Counted from the stretch's first letter, positions 37,983-48,093 are shown. The stretch is DNA of 64,000 nt from a bacterium (GCA_965240465.1 OZ251219.1:1088001-1152000); one strand, 5' to 3'. Program-made: numbers and translations. Notes: generated by a model not told the origin, from the letters alone.

Positions 37983-39632
37983 TTGCCATTTTTCAATAGT
38001 GGTTGGGGCTGGCGGTTGGGACTGTTGTTGTTGGCAGGGTTAGCCTTGTTGCCTCTATTGGGAGTGATTGGGGTAGCTTTGCGTCCTGCGGATGGATTGT
38101 GGGGTCATTTGTGGCAGACGCTATTACCTGGTTATGTGTGGACTAGTGTTTTGCTAGCGTTGGGAGTAATGGGGGGCTGTTTGCTATTGGGGATAGGTAG
38201 TGCATGGCTGGTAAGCATGTGCGATTTTTTTGGTCGTCGGTGGTTGGAAGTGGGTTTGTTGCTACCCTTGGCGATGCCTGGGTACTTGGCAGCGTTTATA
38301 TACACGGAGCTGTTAGATTATGCAGGTCCTCTGCAGCGGGGCTTACGGGCTGTATTTGGGTGGGAGAATGGTAGCCAATATTGGTTTCCAGAGGTTCGTA
38401 GTATTTGGGGAGCTGTCTTGTTTTTGAGTTTGACACTATATCCGTACGTGTTTTTGCTATCTCGGGCTGCATTTGTAAAGCAATATGCCGAGGTGTTTGA
38501 AGCAGGTCGTAGTTTAGGAGGTTCTCCTTGGCGTTGTTTTTGGTCTTTATCGTTGCCTTTGGCACGCCCTGCCATTTTGGCAGGGGCGACCTTGTCGGTC
38601 ATGGAAGCCTTGAGTGATTTCGGAGTAGTTGAGTTATTTGCAGTGCCTACCTTTACGGTGGGGGTGTATCGGGTATGGTTTGCGATGGGTAATCCGTCTG
38701 CGGCTGCTCAGTTGGCACTATTGCCACTGGGGTTACTGTTGTTATTGGGCTGGTGGTTGGCTCAGTTGAGGCTTGAGGATCCTTTGTCATTGCATGGCAT
38801 GGCTAAGAAGGCACATCCCCCTTTTAGATTGACACCACTACAACAACGGCTGGCTTTCTTGGCTTGTGCTGTACCGGTGATATTGGGATTTTTATTGCCC
38901 GTATTGGTGCTAGGGCAAGAGGTGCTATCGCAGTTGCACCAGTTATGGAGTACGGCCTCCTTAAGTCAGCTGGGGGATGTTGCTGAGACTGTACGATTAA
39001 CATCCAGTAGCCTTTTGCTTTCCTTGGCAGCCATGCTTGTTTGTACTGGTATGGGTGTGCTGATTGCTTATGGTATTTATCTGCGTCCCCATGGCTGGCG
39101 GAAATTTATTCAGGCACTAGTAAGGCTGAGCTATGCCACTCCGGGAGTAGTACTGGCGATCGGAATTTTGCTACCCCTCACCCTGTTTGATAAATACCTC
39201 GCTGCTCTTACTCAGTATCTCCATCTTCCCCAGATCTACCTGCTGAGCGGCTCTTTACTGGCGATTTTGCTGGCTTATTATGCTCGTTTCCTGTCGCTTA
39301 GCCTGTCAACAGTCCGTAGCGGACTTAGCCGCGTGGATATTAAGCTCCTTTACGCGGCACGCTCGTTGGGGGCGGGATCGCTACGTACTCTTTGGCAAGT
39401 CCATAGACCAATCCTGCGTAATAGCATTCTGGTCTCGGCTCTGCTGGTCTTTATTGATGCCATGAAGGAATTGCCAATGACTCTCATCCTCAGACCTTTT
39501 AATTTTGATACTCTAGCTACCCGCATCTTTGAACATGCTTCCAGCGAAACCTTTGCTCCAGCAGCTCTCAGTGCCTTGATCTTAATTCTAGCAACAACCA
39601 TTCCCGTCCTTTTGCTCCATAAAAACTACTGA
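37983..39632 (+). CDS. Fe(3+) ABC transporter permease (FbpB-like, two fused domains)
   Basis: LPLAMPGYL.AFIY, EAGRSLG, LPLARPAI, EALSDFG, AARSLG, KELP.TL.LRPFNFDTLA. Confidence 0.93.
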   Translation: MPFFNSGWGWRLGLLLLAGLALLPLLGVIGVALRPADGLWGHLWQTLLPGYVWTSVLLALGVMGGCLLLGIGSAWLVSMCDFFGRRWLEVGLLLPLAMPGYLAAFIYTELLDYAGPLQRGLRAVFGWENGSQYWFPEVRSIWGAVLFLSLTLYPYVFLLSRAAFVKQYAEVFEAGRSLGGSPWRCFWSLSLPLARPAILAGATLSVMEALSDFGVVELFAVPTFTVGVYRVWFAMGNPSAAAQLALLPLGLLLLLGWWLAQLRLEDPLSLHGMAKKAHPPFRLTPLQQRLAFLACAVPVILGFLLPVLVLGQEVLSQLHQLWSTASLSQLGDVAETVRLTSSSLLLSLAAMLVCTGMGVLIAYGIYLRPHGWRKFIQALVRLSYATPGVVLAIGILLPLTLFDKYLAALTQYLHLPQIYLLSGSLLAILLAYYARFLSLSLSTVRSGLSRVDIKLLYAARSLGAGSLRTLWQVHRPILRNSILVSALLVFIDAMKELPMTLILRPFNFDTLATRIFEHASSETFAPAALSALILILATTIPVLLLHKNY

Positions 39633-39697
39633 CTGATGGGACTAATCTTAATCAGTAAGAAAGATTGGTACGTCCTGCTTGTGAAATAAGCTACCAC

Positions 39698-39792
39698 GGC
39701 ACTAAGTATCAATGGCACTAAGTATCAGTGGCACTAAGTATCAATGGCACTAAGTATCAATGGCACTAAGTATCAATGGCACTAAGTATCAT
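39698..39792. repeat. 16-bp tandem repeat x6 between the permease and ATPase genes
   Basis: GGCACTAAGTATCAAT units with one A>G variant and a last unit 1 bp short; no spacers. Confidence 0.95.
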
Positions 39793-39880
39793 GGCAATAA
39801 GGTACTTGAATTATACCGCCATTATTCATATTATTTGCCTACATACTGATTAGAACGTCCCACGCCTTTATAAGTTACCC

Positions 39881-41050
39881 ATGCCTTCCACACTTCATTC
39901 ATCTGCTTCAGACCCCACAGCTCATCTGCTGGAGTTGAGTAATCTTGGCAAGCAGTTTCTAGCTACCAATTGGGCGGTACAGGGGTTTGACCTCAGTTTG
40001 GAAAAAGGCGAACTACTATGCGTGGTAGGCCCTAGCGGCTGCGGAAAAACCACCCTGTTGCGTATGATCGGTGGATTTGAAACTCCAGATGATGGCTTTA
40101 TAAACCTAAAAGGCGAATGCATAAGCCGACCAGGCTGGATGCTCCCCCCAGAGCATCGGGGGGTGGGAATGGTTTTTCAAGAATTTGCTTTATTTCCTCA
40201 TCTTTCTGTTCAAGAAAACATCTGTTTTGGCCTCAAACATACCTCTCGCAAGCATCTCAGCACTCTCTCACCTAGCCACCACCCTAAGCACTATCAGCAA
40301 AAGCAAGCCTGCAACAGAATGCTTTCCCTAGCTAATCTAAGTGAATTAGCCGAACGCTTGCCCCATGAAATATCGGGTGGACAACAACAACGCACCGCCC
40401 TAGCACGGGCTCTTGCTCCGCAACCCGAAGTCCTCTTATTAGATGAACCTTTCTCTAACTTAGACGCCAATCTGCGTCGTCGGCTACGCTCAGAAGTTAA
40501 GCAGATCCTCAAAAAAGCAAATACCACCACCATTCTGGTCACCCACGATCAAGAAGAAGCCATCAACCTTGCCGATCGCATGGTTGTTATGAATAAAGGA
40601 AAATTGGAGCAAATTGCCACTCCCGCAGAAACACTTCGTTGTCCCGCTAACCCCTTTGTAGCTAGATTCTTCGGCATGGAGTGCTTATTGTCCGCCCAAC
40701 GCGATGGAGAATTCTTACGCACCGAACTGGGGCGGTTCCCCGTACCGCCAAACTTGCCTGCCACAGGACCTTATCAGCTGCTGGTACCACCATCCGCGGT
40801 ACACCTCAGAACCGAACCATGGGCCGTAAGGGCAACCGTCCACGAGGCAGGCTTCTTAGGAGGGCTACCCAGCTATACCTTCCGCTTGGCATCTGGACAA
40901 CGCATTAGGGCTATATTGCCCCATTGTCCCACCCTCTACCCAGAAGATCAAGTAGGGCTATGCTTCACGCCTAATCCTCTGGTGGTCTACGCTAAACAGC
41001 AAACCTTCTCCATGAACCTCTCCTCGCCTGCAACAGCAACCTACTCCTAG
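39881..41050 (+). CDS. Fe(3+) ABC transporter ATP-binding protein (FbpC-like)
   Basis: GPSGCGKT, VFQEFALFPHL, ISGGQQQR, LLDEPFSNLD, VTHD; TOBE-like tail. Confidence 0.93.
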   Translation: MPSTLHSSASDPTAHLLELSNLGKQFLATNWAVQGFDLSLEKGELLCVVGPSGCGKTTLLRMIGGFETPDDGFINLKGECISRPGWMLPPEHRGVGMVFQEFALFPHLSVQENICFGLKHTSRKHLSTLSPSHHPKHYQQKQACNRMLSLANLSELAERLPHEISGGQQQRTALARALAPQPEVLLLDEPFSNLDANLRRRLRSEVKQILKKANTTTILVTHDQEEAINLADRMVVMNKGKLEQIATPAETLRCPANPFVARFFGMECLLSAQRDGEFLRTELGRFPVPPNLPATGPYQLLVPPSAVHLRTEPWAVRATVHEAGFLGGLPSYTFRLASGQRIRAILPHCPTLYPEDQVGLCFTPNPLVVYAKQQTFSMNLSSPATATYS

Positions 41051-41058
41051 TAGATCTC

Positions 41059-41144
41059 TGTAGCTAAACCGCAGAACTTCGTCCTTGCTCAGGACACCAA
41101 GCTACGTCCACTAGCTTATGACGGCTTTGTTAGGATTAGCTACA
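41059..41144. ncRNA. Candidate structured non-coding element (closing stem plus two hairpins)
   Basis: TGTAGCTAA...TTAGCTACA encloses GTCCT-TGCTC-AGGAC and AAGCTA-CGTCCAC-TAGCTT. Confidence 0.3.
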
Positions 41145-41333
41145 AAGTTACTGTTCCTCAAAATCAACCCTAGGACACTTCCTTAGTAGCATAGGGGAGA
41201 AAAGGAATATCGCTAATGTTTAATTTATCAAGTAATAAACTGGTTGATTATCCTTAATAAAGGTGTTTATTATGGTGTAGCACTATTTTCAGCATATTTT
41301 TTTGCTAGCAAACACATTATTTGGAAAACCATT

Positions 41334-44300
41334 ATGCGTGTAGTAATCAGGAAGTTATCTTATTTTGCCATTCTATCAGGAATAATTTCATTAAACACCA
41401 GTTGTACTGGTCAAAATACTCAGGAAGGATTACCAGAAGAGTTAGCAGGATTGTATGTAAATCATATATCAGGTGTAGAAGGAGATGCAGACACGGTAGA
41501 TTTTGAATTCATTGCTACACTGGATAAACCCGTACAAAAAGAGATTACCTTTGATTACGAGACTGTGGATGGTACTGCCATTTCAGGGGAAGATTATGTA
41601 GCAAAATCAGGGAAAGAGATTGTAATTCCAGGGCAAACCGAAGTGATAATTGCCATTAAGGTTAATGGTGATACAAATGTGGAGCAGGATGAGAAATTTT
41701 ATCTTGAGGTAAGCAATTTAACTGGAGTTGATTTAGATGAAGAAACTGAGGATTCGATCAGGCTAGAAGCAACCATCATCAACGATGACGTTTTCCCCTC
41801 AATATCATTTGGGGACGTATCCTACGAAGAAGGAGATGCAGGTACCGTAGATTTTGAGTTTGTTCTTAGATTAAATAAACCTGCCCAAGAAGAGGTCACC
41901 TTTGATTACCAAACTATAAATCATACTGCCATTTCAGGGGAAGATTATGTAGCAAAATCAGGGAAAGGAATTGTAATTTCAGGGCAAAGCGAAGTGACAA
42001 TTGTGGTTAAGGTTAATGGTGATACAGATGTGGAGCCAGATGAGAGATTTTATCTTGAGGTAAGCAATTTAACTGGAGTTGATTTAAGTGGAGCAACTGG
42101 GGATTCGTTCAGGTTAAGAGCAAACATCACCAACGATGACTTTATTCCCTCAATATCTATTGAGGATGTATCTTACGAAGAAGGAGATTCAGGGACAATT
42201 GATGCTCAATTTATTGTTAGTTTAGATAGGGTTGTAAAAGAAGGTCAATCTGTTAACTTTACCTATAGAACTAATCACATCAGCACCGATAATGAAGATT
42301 ACAGCATGGTTGCCAATGCAACCCTAGTCACCATTTCTCCTACGAAGGATAATGCTGAAATCAATATTTCAATAAATGGCGATACAGAAATAGAAAATGA
42401 TGAGACTTTTGAATTAATTTTAGAAAACATCACAGGAACCACTTTATCTGTAGATAACAACACACTATCAGCTACGGGTACCATCCGAGATAACGACTCT
42501 GCAGCCGGTAACGTTTCCTTAGATATAAGGATCGCCGATGTTTCTAAAATAGAACAGGATTCTGGTACCACCGAGTTCAGATTTACAGCCAGTTTGAATA
42601 AGCTATCCTCCACAAGTGTAACATTTAATTATAAGACCATTCACGTTAGTACCGATGACAGTGACTATCAAACTGTAAAAACAGCCGTCGCAGCAGTTAT
42701 ACTAGCTGGTGAATATTTGCTGGATATATCCATAATGGTTAATGGCGATGAAGAACCAGAAAGTACAGAAACTTTTAAGTTGCAACTGGAAAACATTGTA
42801 GGAATAACCAATGTCACTTCGGTTTTTGCTACTGGTAGCATCATAGATGATGACCCAGATGCTGACGGAGATGGCTTGGGTGACGATCTAGATGAATGTG
42901 ACAACAGCCCTTCAGGATGGACTAGAGATGATACCTCTGATGTAGATGTTGATGGTTGTCGTGACTCAGACGAAGATGATTTTCCCAGCGATAGCAACCG
43001 TAATGCTACAGATTTGGACGGCAACGGCCTGATTAATATAACCAGCGAAGATATGTTGAGAAACATTAAGTACAATTTAGCTGGCAGTAGCTATAAAACC
43101 AGTGTCAGTGACAGAGCAAGGACTAGGGGCTGTCCTTCAGACACTTGCAATGGTTACGAGATGGATAATAGCATTGACATCACCTCTAACTTTGATCCGC
43201 TAGGCAGTGGTACCGAAGCTTTCACCGGCATCTTTGATGGCAATGGCAAGTCCATCAATTATTTGGATATCAGTGTTAGCAATTTAGAATATGTGGGTTT
43301 GTTTGCTAATATCGGCAACAGCGATGCCACCGATCCAAAAGGTTTGGTACGCAATCTCAACCTAAACAATGTTACCGTCACCCGCAGCAATGTTACTATT
43401 ATTACTACTGATTATAAATTCTTAGGTGTGTTGGCAGGTAATGTTGAAAGTGAAGGACAAATTGAAGCAATTACAGTTACCAATGCTACTCTGACTACCG
43501 GTGCGGGTTTTGATTCGGTAGGGGGATTGGTAGGTTACAATAAGGGTTCTATGGAAGGCATTTATGTCAGTGTAATCATCAATAATGGTTTGAATAGAAC
43601 GTATACGGGCGGAGTAGCAGGTCATAATACGGGTACCATCAACGAGGCGTATGCCAGTGGTAAAATAAATGGCAATAATGGGCAGGATTTAACAGGAGGA
43701 ATAGCAGGATACAACAGCGGTACTATCCGATATGGTTCTGCCCAGGTGAACCAAACAGGGGCGCAGCATTTTGACAAAATAGGCGGCCTGGTGGGCGAGA
43801 ACGAAGGTGGGAACATCTATAATAGTTATGCCACTGGAACCATAGATTCAGGAGTCCATTCTGATTTTACTGGTGGATTGGTAGGGGAATGTACCAATGG
43901 AGGAAGTATCAGGAATAGTTTTGTTCCCGCAGGCACTGTCAGTGGTGGTAGAGATGTTGATTTTGTAGGTGGATTAGTTGGCAAGTTTTTAGAATGCAAT
44001 GTTTATAACAGTTATGCTGCCGTAGCGGTCAGTGGTAATGGTGGCAATGATTCTGTAGGAGGACTAATAGGACAATCCTCCAATTCTGGTATTTATAACA
44101 GCTACTCTATGGGCGATGTTAGCGGCAATGACGGTGATGACGAAATGGGTGGTTTGGTGGGTAGTAAAAATTCTACCACCATCATTAGCAATAGTTACTA
44201 CAGCACAGATATCACCCTAGATAATGGTAGTGGTGACGCCCTGAGGGGAATTAGTGAAGGAAAAACAGATGCCGTCTTACGTAGCCCCACGGCTGCCAGT

Positions 44301-44465
44301 GGTATTTACTCAAGCTGGGACATCAAGAACTGGGAATTTGGTAGTTCCAGCCAGTATCCTACCTTACGTGACTACAGGAAAGAGAATGATTCACAAGTAC
44401 AGGGCGATATCTTATGCAACCAGCCCAACCAAGGCACAGACAGGGTACAGTGCTTAAATCCCTAG
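41334..44465 (+). CDS. Large surface lipoprotein with about 4 Calx-beta repeats, a TSP3-like repeat and GLUG-type repeats
   Basis: MRVVIRKLSYFAILSGIISLNTSC signal/lipobox; EGD..F...L....TFDY.T..TA.SG.DY..NGD..E.DE.F repeats; GGLVG repeats. The ORF track starts at the TTG at 41244. Confidence 0.82.
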   Translation: MRVVIRKLSYFAILSGIISLNTSCTGQNTQEGLPEELAGLYVNHISGVEGDADTVDFEFIATLDKPVQKEITFDYETVDGTAISGEDYVAKSGKEIVIPGQTEVIIAIKVNGDTNVEQDEKFYLEVSNLTGVDLDEETEDSIRLEATIINDDVFPSISFGDVSYEEGDAGTVDFEFVLRLNKPAQEEVTFDYQTINHTAISGEDYVAKSGKGIVISGQSEVTIVVKVNGDTDVEPDERFYLEVSNLTGVDLSGATGDSFRLRANITNDDFIPSISIEDVSYEEGDSGTIDAQFIVSLDRVVKEGQSVNFTYRTNHISTDNEDYSMVANATLVTISPTKDNAEINISINGDTEIENDETFELILENITGTTLSVDNNTLSATGTIRDNDSAAGNVSLDIRIADVSKIEQDSGTTEFRFTASLNKLSSTSVTFNYKTIHVSTDDSDYQTVKTAVAAVILAGEYLLDISIMVNGDEEPESTETFKLQLENIVGITNVTSVFATGSIIDDDPDADGDGLGDDLDECDNSPSGWTRDDTSDVDVDGCRDSDEDDFPSDSNRNATDLDGNGLINITSEDMLRNIKYNLAGSSYKTSVSDRARTRGCPSDTCNGYEMDNSIDITSNFDPLGSGTEAFTGIFDGNGKSINYLDISVSNLEYVGLFANIGNSDATDPKGLVRNLNLNNVTVTRSNVTIITTDYKFLGVLAGNVESEGQIEAITVTNATLTTGAGFDSVGGLVGYNKGSMEGIYVSVIINNGLNRTYTGGVAGHNTGTINEAYASGKINGNNGQDLTGGIAGYNSGTIRYGSAQVNQTGAQHFDKIGGLVGENEGGNIYNSYATGTIDSGVHSDFTGGLVGECTNGGSIRNSFVPAGTVSGGRDVDFVGGLVGKFLECNVYNSYAAVAVSGNGGNDSVGGLIGQSSNSGIYNSYSMGDVSGNDGDDEMGGLVGSKNSTTIISNSYYSTDITLDNGSGDALRGISEGKTDAVLRSPTAASGIYSSWDIKNWEFGSSSQYPTLRDYRKENDSQVQGDILCNQPNQGTDRVQCLNP

Positions 44466-44533
44466 ATGATGAATTAATAAGCAGGCGGGATTTTTAATTG
44501 CTACTTGTTAATAAGAAGATTCTTTTACCGTGC

Positions 44534-45004
44534 TTACAAAGCAATGGTTTGAAAGGATTGTGAGAACTCGCTAAACCAGGCGAGAATAGCACCATCGGGT
44601 TGTTTATTCTTAACGGCACAGACCAAATAAAGGGCACAGGGGTTGATGGGCTGGTTATTAAAAGAGGCACGTTGACGGTCTTCTTGGGAAAAATAAGCAC
44701 CTACACCTACATGGGAGTGTACGTAGACTTTTATCGCTTGATTTGCCCTACACAGTTGATTCTCCAGCTTCAGCAGTGCTTGAGGGTCAATCAGGTAGCC
44801 GTTTTTGGAATGGCGTGGCCAGCGTTTTGGGTCTTGTTGGTGTAACTGGTTAATAATATTTTCCAGTGGATGAAATTGCTCAACCGCGTTGACATCAATA
44901 GGACCACTCAAGACACCGCAAGCTTCGTGAGGGCTGTTCTCAATGGCGTTTTGGTAACACTTTTTAAGTATGTGAGAAGGGATTGGAAGAGATGGCTTAT
45001 CCAT
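44534..45004 (-). CDS. JAB/MPN+ (Mov34) metallopeptidase, Mec-like
   Basis: PHEACG...YVHSH...YFSQED JAMM motif. Confidence 0.88.
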   Translation of the reverse strand: MDKPSLPIPSHILKKCYQNAIENSPHEACGVLSGPIDVNAVEQFHPLENIINQLHQQDPKRWPRHSKNGYLIDPQALLKLENQLCRANQAIKVYVHSHVGVGAYFSQEDRQRASFNNQPINPCALYLVCAVKNKQPDGAILAWFSEFSQSFQTIAL

Positions 45005-45086
45005 GATAAAGCATAAATTCCATAAGCGTTGAAATTAAGGCTAAGGCGAGTACTTGAGAATGGTTTATTTGAGGTATCCTTAAATC

Positions 45087-45560
45087 ATGGTAGCACACTC
45101 AACAAGTAAAAATACGGCGACTAATAAAAGTGGTTCCCTAAAAATCTGGTTTTTGCAGCAATTGCATCAAAAAGGTGTTCGGATGACAGCCCAGCGTTTG
45201 ACGGTAACCACCGAGATAGCTGCCTGTAGCGGTCATTTTGATATGGAACAACTTTTAAGCAGGATGCATGCAAAAGGGCTGAAAATATCACGGGCGACTG
45301 CTTATCGTACGCTGGAGACGCTACAAGCATGTAACTTAGTGGAAAAGCGCGATTTTGGTAAATCGGGTAGAGTGTACGAGAATGTTATTCCAGGGGGACA
45401 TCATGACCACCTGATCTGCACCAAGTGTGGTCGAGTGACCGAGTTTGACAGCCCTGAATTAGAAAAGATACAGCAGTACATCTGCGATAAGTTAGGCTTT
45501 GCCCAAGTATCCCATACTCATCACGTATTTGGCATTTGCCAGCAATGCCAGCATTTATAA
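45087..45560 (+). CDS. Fur-family transcriptional regulator
   Basis: RMTAQR, ISRATAYRTL, HHDHLICTKCG, GICQQC; metal specificity (Fur/Zur/PerR) not resolved. Confidence 0.92.
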   Translation: MVAHSTSKNTATNKSGSLKIWFLQQLHQKGVRMTAQRLTVTTEIAACSGHFDMEQLLSRMHAKGLKISRATAYRTLETLQACNLVEKRDFGKSGRVYENVIPGGHHDHLICTKCGRVTEFDSPELEKIQQYICDKLGFAQVSHTHHVFGICQQCQHL

Positions 45561-45696
45561 AAAGATAGGACAAGGCTATTTTAAGGGGATTATACCGACA
45601 TGTGTGTGCTAAAAAATAAAACTTGCGATACATCGGAATTTTAGGCAGGCTGGTTTAGATAAATCAGGGGGTTGGAAATATTAGAGGATTTGGCCT

Positions 45697-46359
45697 GTGG
45701 GAGAAATTTCTGCTATAGCGGCTGCTAGGATGCTTAGGGTCCCCAAACGCACTTTGGTACGCTGGGTAGAACAGGGAGTGTTACCGTTGCTTCCGGGGGG
45801 TGGGTTTGATGAGAATATATTATTGGATTGGGCACGTTCTCAGGGGTTGGATTGTCGTATTGGCCTACCAGAGAGAAGTAAGAATGGGGAGTGTAGCAAT
45901 TTGGAACAAGCGGTTCGTCGTGGGGGGGTGCATTATAAGTTGAAGGGTAAAACTGTGGGAAGCGTCTTAGGTGCTGGAGTAAGGCAGCTGGAGCTGGACT
46001 GGAGTAAAGACAACCAGAGGGAATACTTGCAGGCTTTGAAAACTCGGGAGCGATACGGTGCCACTGTGGTTGTAGATGGGGTAGCTTTTCCTCATGCATC
46101 TCATTGTAATAATTGGGGAATTTCGGACCCATTGGTGGGGGTATTTTTTTTGCAGCAGGCAGTTGATTTTGGTGAAGGACGTAAGGTGCGGGCTATGTTT
46201 ATGCTAGTATGCAATCAGGTGGAAGATTTGTTGATGTCACTAAAGGAATTATCTGATTTTGTGTCAGACAAGAAAGTGCATAAGGGGTTAGTGGATAAGA
46301 ATCCGCCTAAGCTGGAGAAATTACTTAGACAAATTCGCAATGCTGCCAAGAAAAAATAG
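45697..46359 (+). CDS. PTS EIIA(Ntr/Fru)-like protein with N-terminal MerR/excisionase-type HTH
   Basis: AARMLRVPKRTLVRWV..G.LP; L..RE..G.T...GVAFPH (phospho-His); GTG start. Confidence 0.78.
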   Translation: MGEISAIAAARMLRVPKRTLVRWVEQGVLPLLPGGGFDENILLDWARSQGLDCRIGLPERSKNGECSNLEQAVRRGGVHYKLKGKTVGSVLGAGVRQLELDWSKDNQREYLQALKTRERYGATVVVDGVAFPHASHCNNWGISDPLVGVFFLQQAVDFGEGRKVRAMFMLVCNQVEDLLMSLKELSDFVSDKKVHKGLVDKNPPKLEKLLRQIRNAAKKK

Positions 46360-48085
46360 ATTTAGAGAGCTATTTCAAGCAATTGGGGTGACTAAGGTAC
46401 ATCGTTCAGCTGCGGTGGATGCAGCTCTGTTGATGGTATTGGCGGTGGGAGTGGGTTTATTAAGCGGCATTGCGGCAGTGGCATTGGTTTCAGCAGTGCA
46501 TGGCAGTGTTAATTTTGTTAAGCAATTTCATTATTCTTTGTGGCTGATATTTATTCCTGCCATAGGAGCGGGTGCTTCAGCGTATTTTTCACGTAAAATA
46601 ATGAATGATAATCTGGGGCATGGAGTGCCTCAGTTGATTAGTTCAGCATCTGGGGGTTATCAGTTGCATAGGAATTTGACTTGGTCAAGATTGGTATCCA
46701 GCTTTTTGACGGTTGGCAGCGGAGGCTCTGCAGGCTTGGAGGGGCCAATTGCCACCACGGGCGGGGCGATTGGACATCTTGTAGGAGCAGTGTTTCGCTT
46801 GGATGAGCGTCGGAGGACCTTGTTGTTAGGATATGGAGTAGCTGGTGCGATTGCGGGGATTTTCAATGCACCGTTAACGGGTTCTATTTTTGTGTTGGAG
46901 ATTATCCTGCGGGAGTGGAATGTTCGTACTATTTTACCGACCTTGATTTCTGCGGTAAGTGCAGCTCAGTTATCGCGTTTGATCCTAGGAACTGAGTCTA
47001 CGTTTTCAATTGGGCTGGCAGAGTTTTCCACTCAAGACTTATTTGCCTGTGTTTTTCTGGGATTGGCTACGGGTTTGGTATCTGTTTTGTTTCAGCGGGG
47101 CTTGGTTGTTAGTGAAAGTGCCTTTAAGCGTTTTGTGAGTTCACCAACTCGGCGAGCAGCCATCGGAGGTTTTATGGTGGGCATTCTGGGACTTTTTATG
47201 CCTGCGGTTCTCCATGATGGCTATCTGGTGATTCAGACTTTTTTAGACAATGCTGCTTCTTACACTTGGCAATGGGTAGCATTGTTCGTTTTGGTTAAGT
47301 TTATTGCTTGCTGTAGCACGATAGGTAGCGGGGGATCTGGTGGTGTGTTTGCACCTTCTTTGGTGCTGGGTGGTGCTACTGGGTTTGGATTTGGACAGAT
47401 CTTGCAATCTGTTTTTCCTACTACAGGCTTTGCCCTACCCAGTACCTATGCTCTTATAGGTATGGCAGGCGTAGTAACAGGATTGATGCATGCTCCGTTA
47501 ACAGGCATGTTCTTGGTGTTGGAGATTACCGCGGGCTATAACATGATAATACCTCTGATGATTGTTTGTGCATTTGCCATGCTGGTGGGATTCTTTTCTA
47601 CTGAGGGTTCTGTCTATACCTCGGAACTGCAAAATCGGGGAGAATTGACCCATAAAGGCTCCGATACCCAATTGCTAAATTCTATGCGACCAGCAGAGTT
47701 AGTAGATTCAGAAGATGTGGTCTTGCATGAAAGTACCTCCCTAGGCGAGTTTGTAGAACTGTTCAAACAAGCCAAGCGTAATGTATTTCCTGTTATCAGT
47801 AAAAGCAACCAGTGGCGCGGAGTAGTTTATCTGGATGATATAAGACCTTATTTGTTTGAAAGTAACTTATATTCGCTGATCACCATGGGAGCGGTGATGC
47901 ATACCTACCTGCCAGTAATCAAGCAGTACGAAAACGTTAACTCCGCAATTCAAAAATTTGAGGAAAGCGGGGCTTGGTCGCTACCGGTAGTGAATGAAAA
48001 ACATCGCTATTTAGGAATGATGTCAAAATCTACCCTTTTTGACCGTTATCGCAGAGAATTGATAGTCCATACTCACGGTTACTAA
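46340..48085 (+). CDS. ClC chloride channel/antiporter with tandem CBS domains
   Basis: GHGVP, GGSAGLEGP, FNAPLTG..F.LE, GSGGVFAP, C-terminal CBS pair. Confidence 0.93.
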   Translation: MLPRKNRFRELFQAIGVTKVHRSAAVDAALLMVLAVGVGLLSGIAAVALVSAVHGSVNFVKQFHYSLWLIFIPAIGAGASAYFSRKIMNDNLGHGVPQLISSASGGYQLHRNLTWSRLVSSFLTVGSGGSAGLEGPIATTGGAIGHLVGAVFRLDERRRTLLLGYGVAGAIAGIFNAPLTGSIFVLEIILREWNVRTILPTLISAVSAAQLSRLILGTESTFSIGLAEFSTQDLFACVFLGLATGLVSVLFQRGLVVSESAFKRFVSSPTRRAAIGGFMVGILGLFMPAVLHDGYLVIQTFLDNAASYTWQWVALFVLVKFIACCSTIGSGGSGGVFAPSLVLGGATGFGFGQILQSVFPTTGFALPSTYALIGMAGVVTGLMHAPLTGMFLVLEITAGYNMIIPLMIVCAFAMLVGFFSTEGSVYTSELQNRGELTHKGSDTQLLNSMRPAELVDSEDVVLHESTSLGEFVELFKQAKRNVFPVISKSNQWRGVVYLDDIRPYLFESNLYSLITMGAVMHTYLPVIKQYENVNSAIQKFEESGAWSLPVVNEKHRYLGMMSKSTLFDRYRRELIVHTHGY

Positions 48086-48093
48086 TGGCTATG

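Noticed and set aside
39698-39792. CRISPR array (also considered for 59875-59959 and 54748-54891)
   Set aside because: Units are 15-18 bp, directly adjacent, with no unique spacers; no cas1 or other cas operon in the window.
41066-41127. Canonical hammerhead ribozyme or known riboswitch
   Set aside because: The CUGAUGA and GAAA core is not intact, and no riboswitch consensus I know matches; kept only as an unknown structure.
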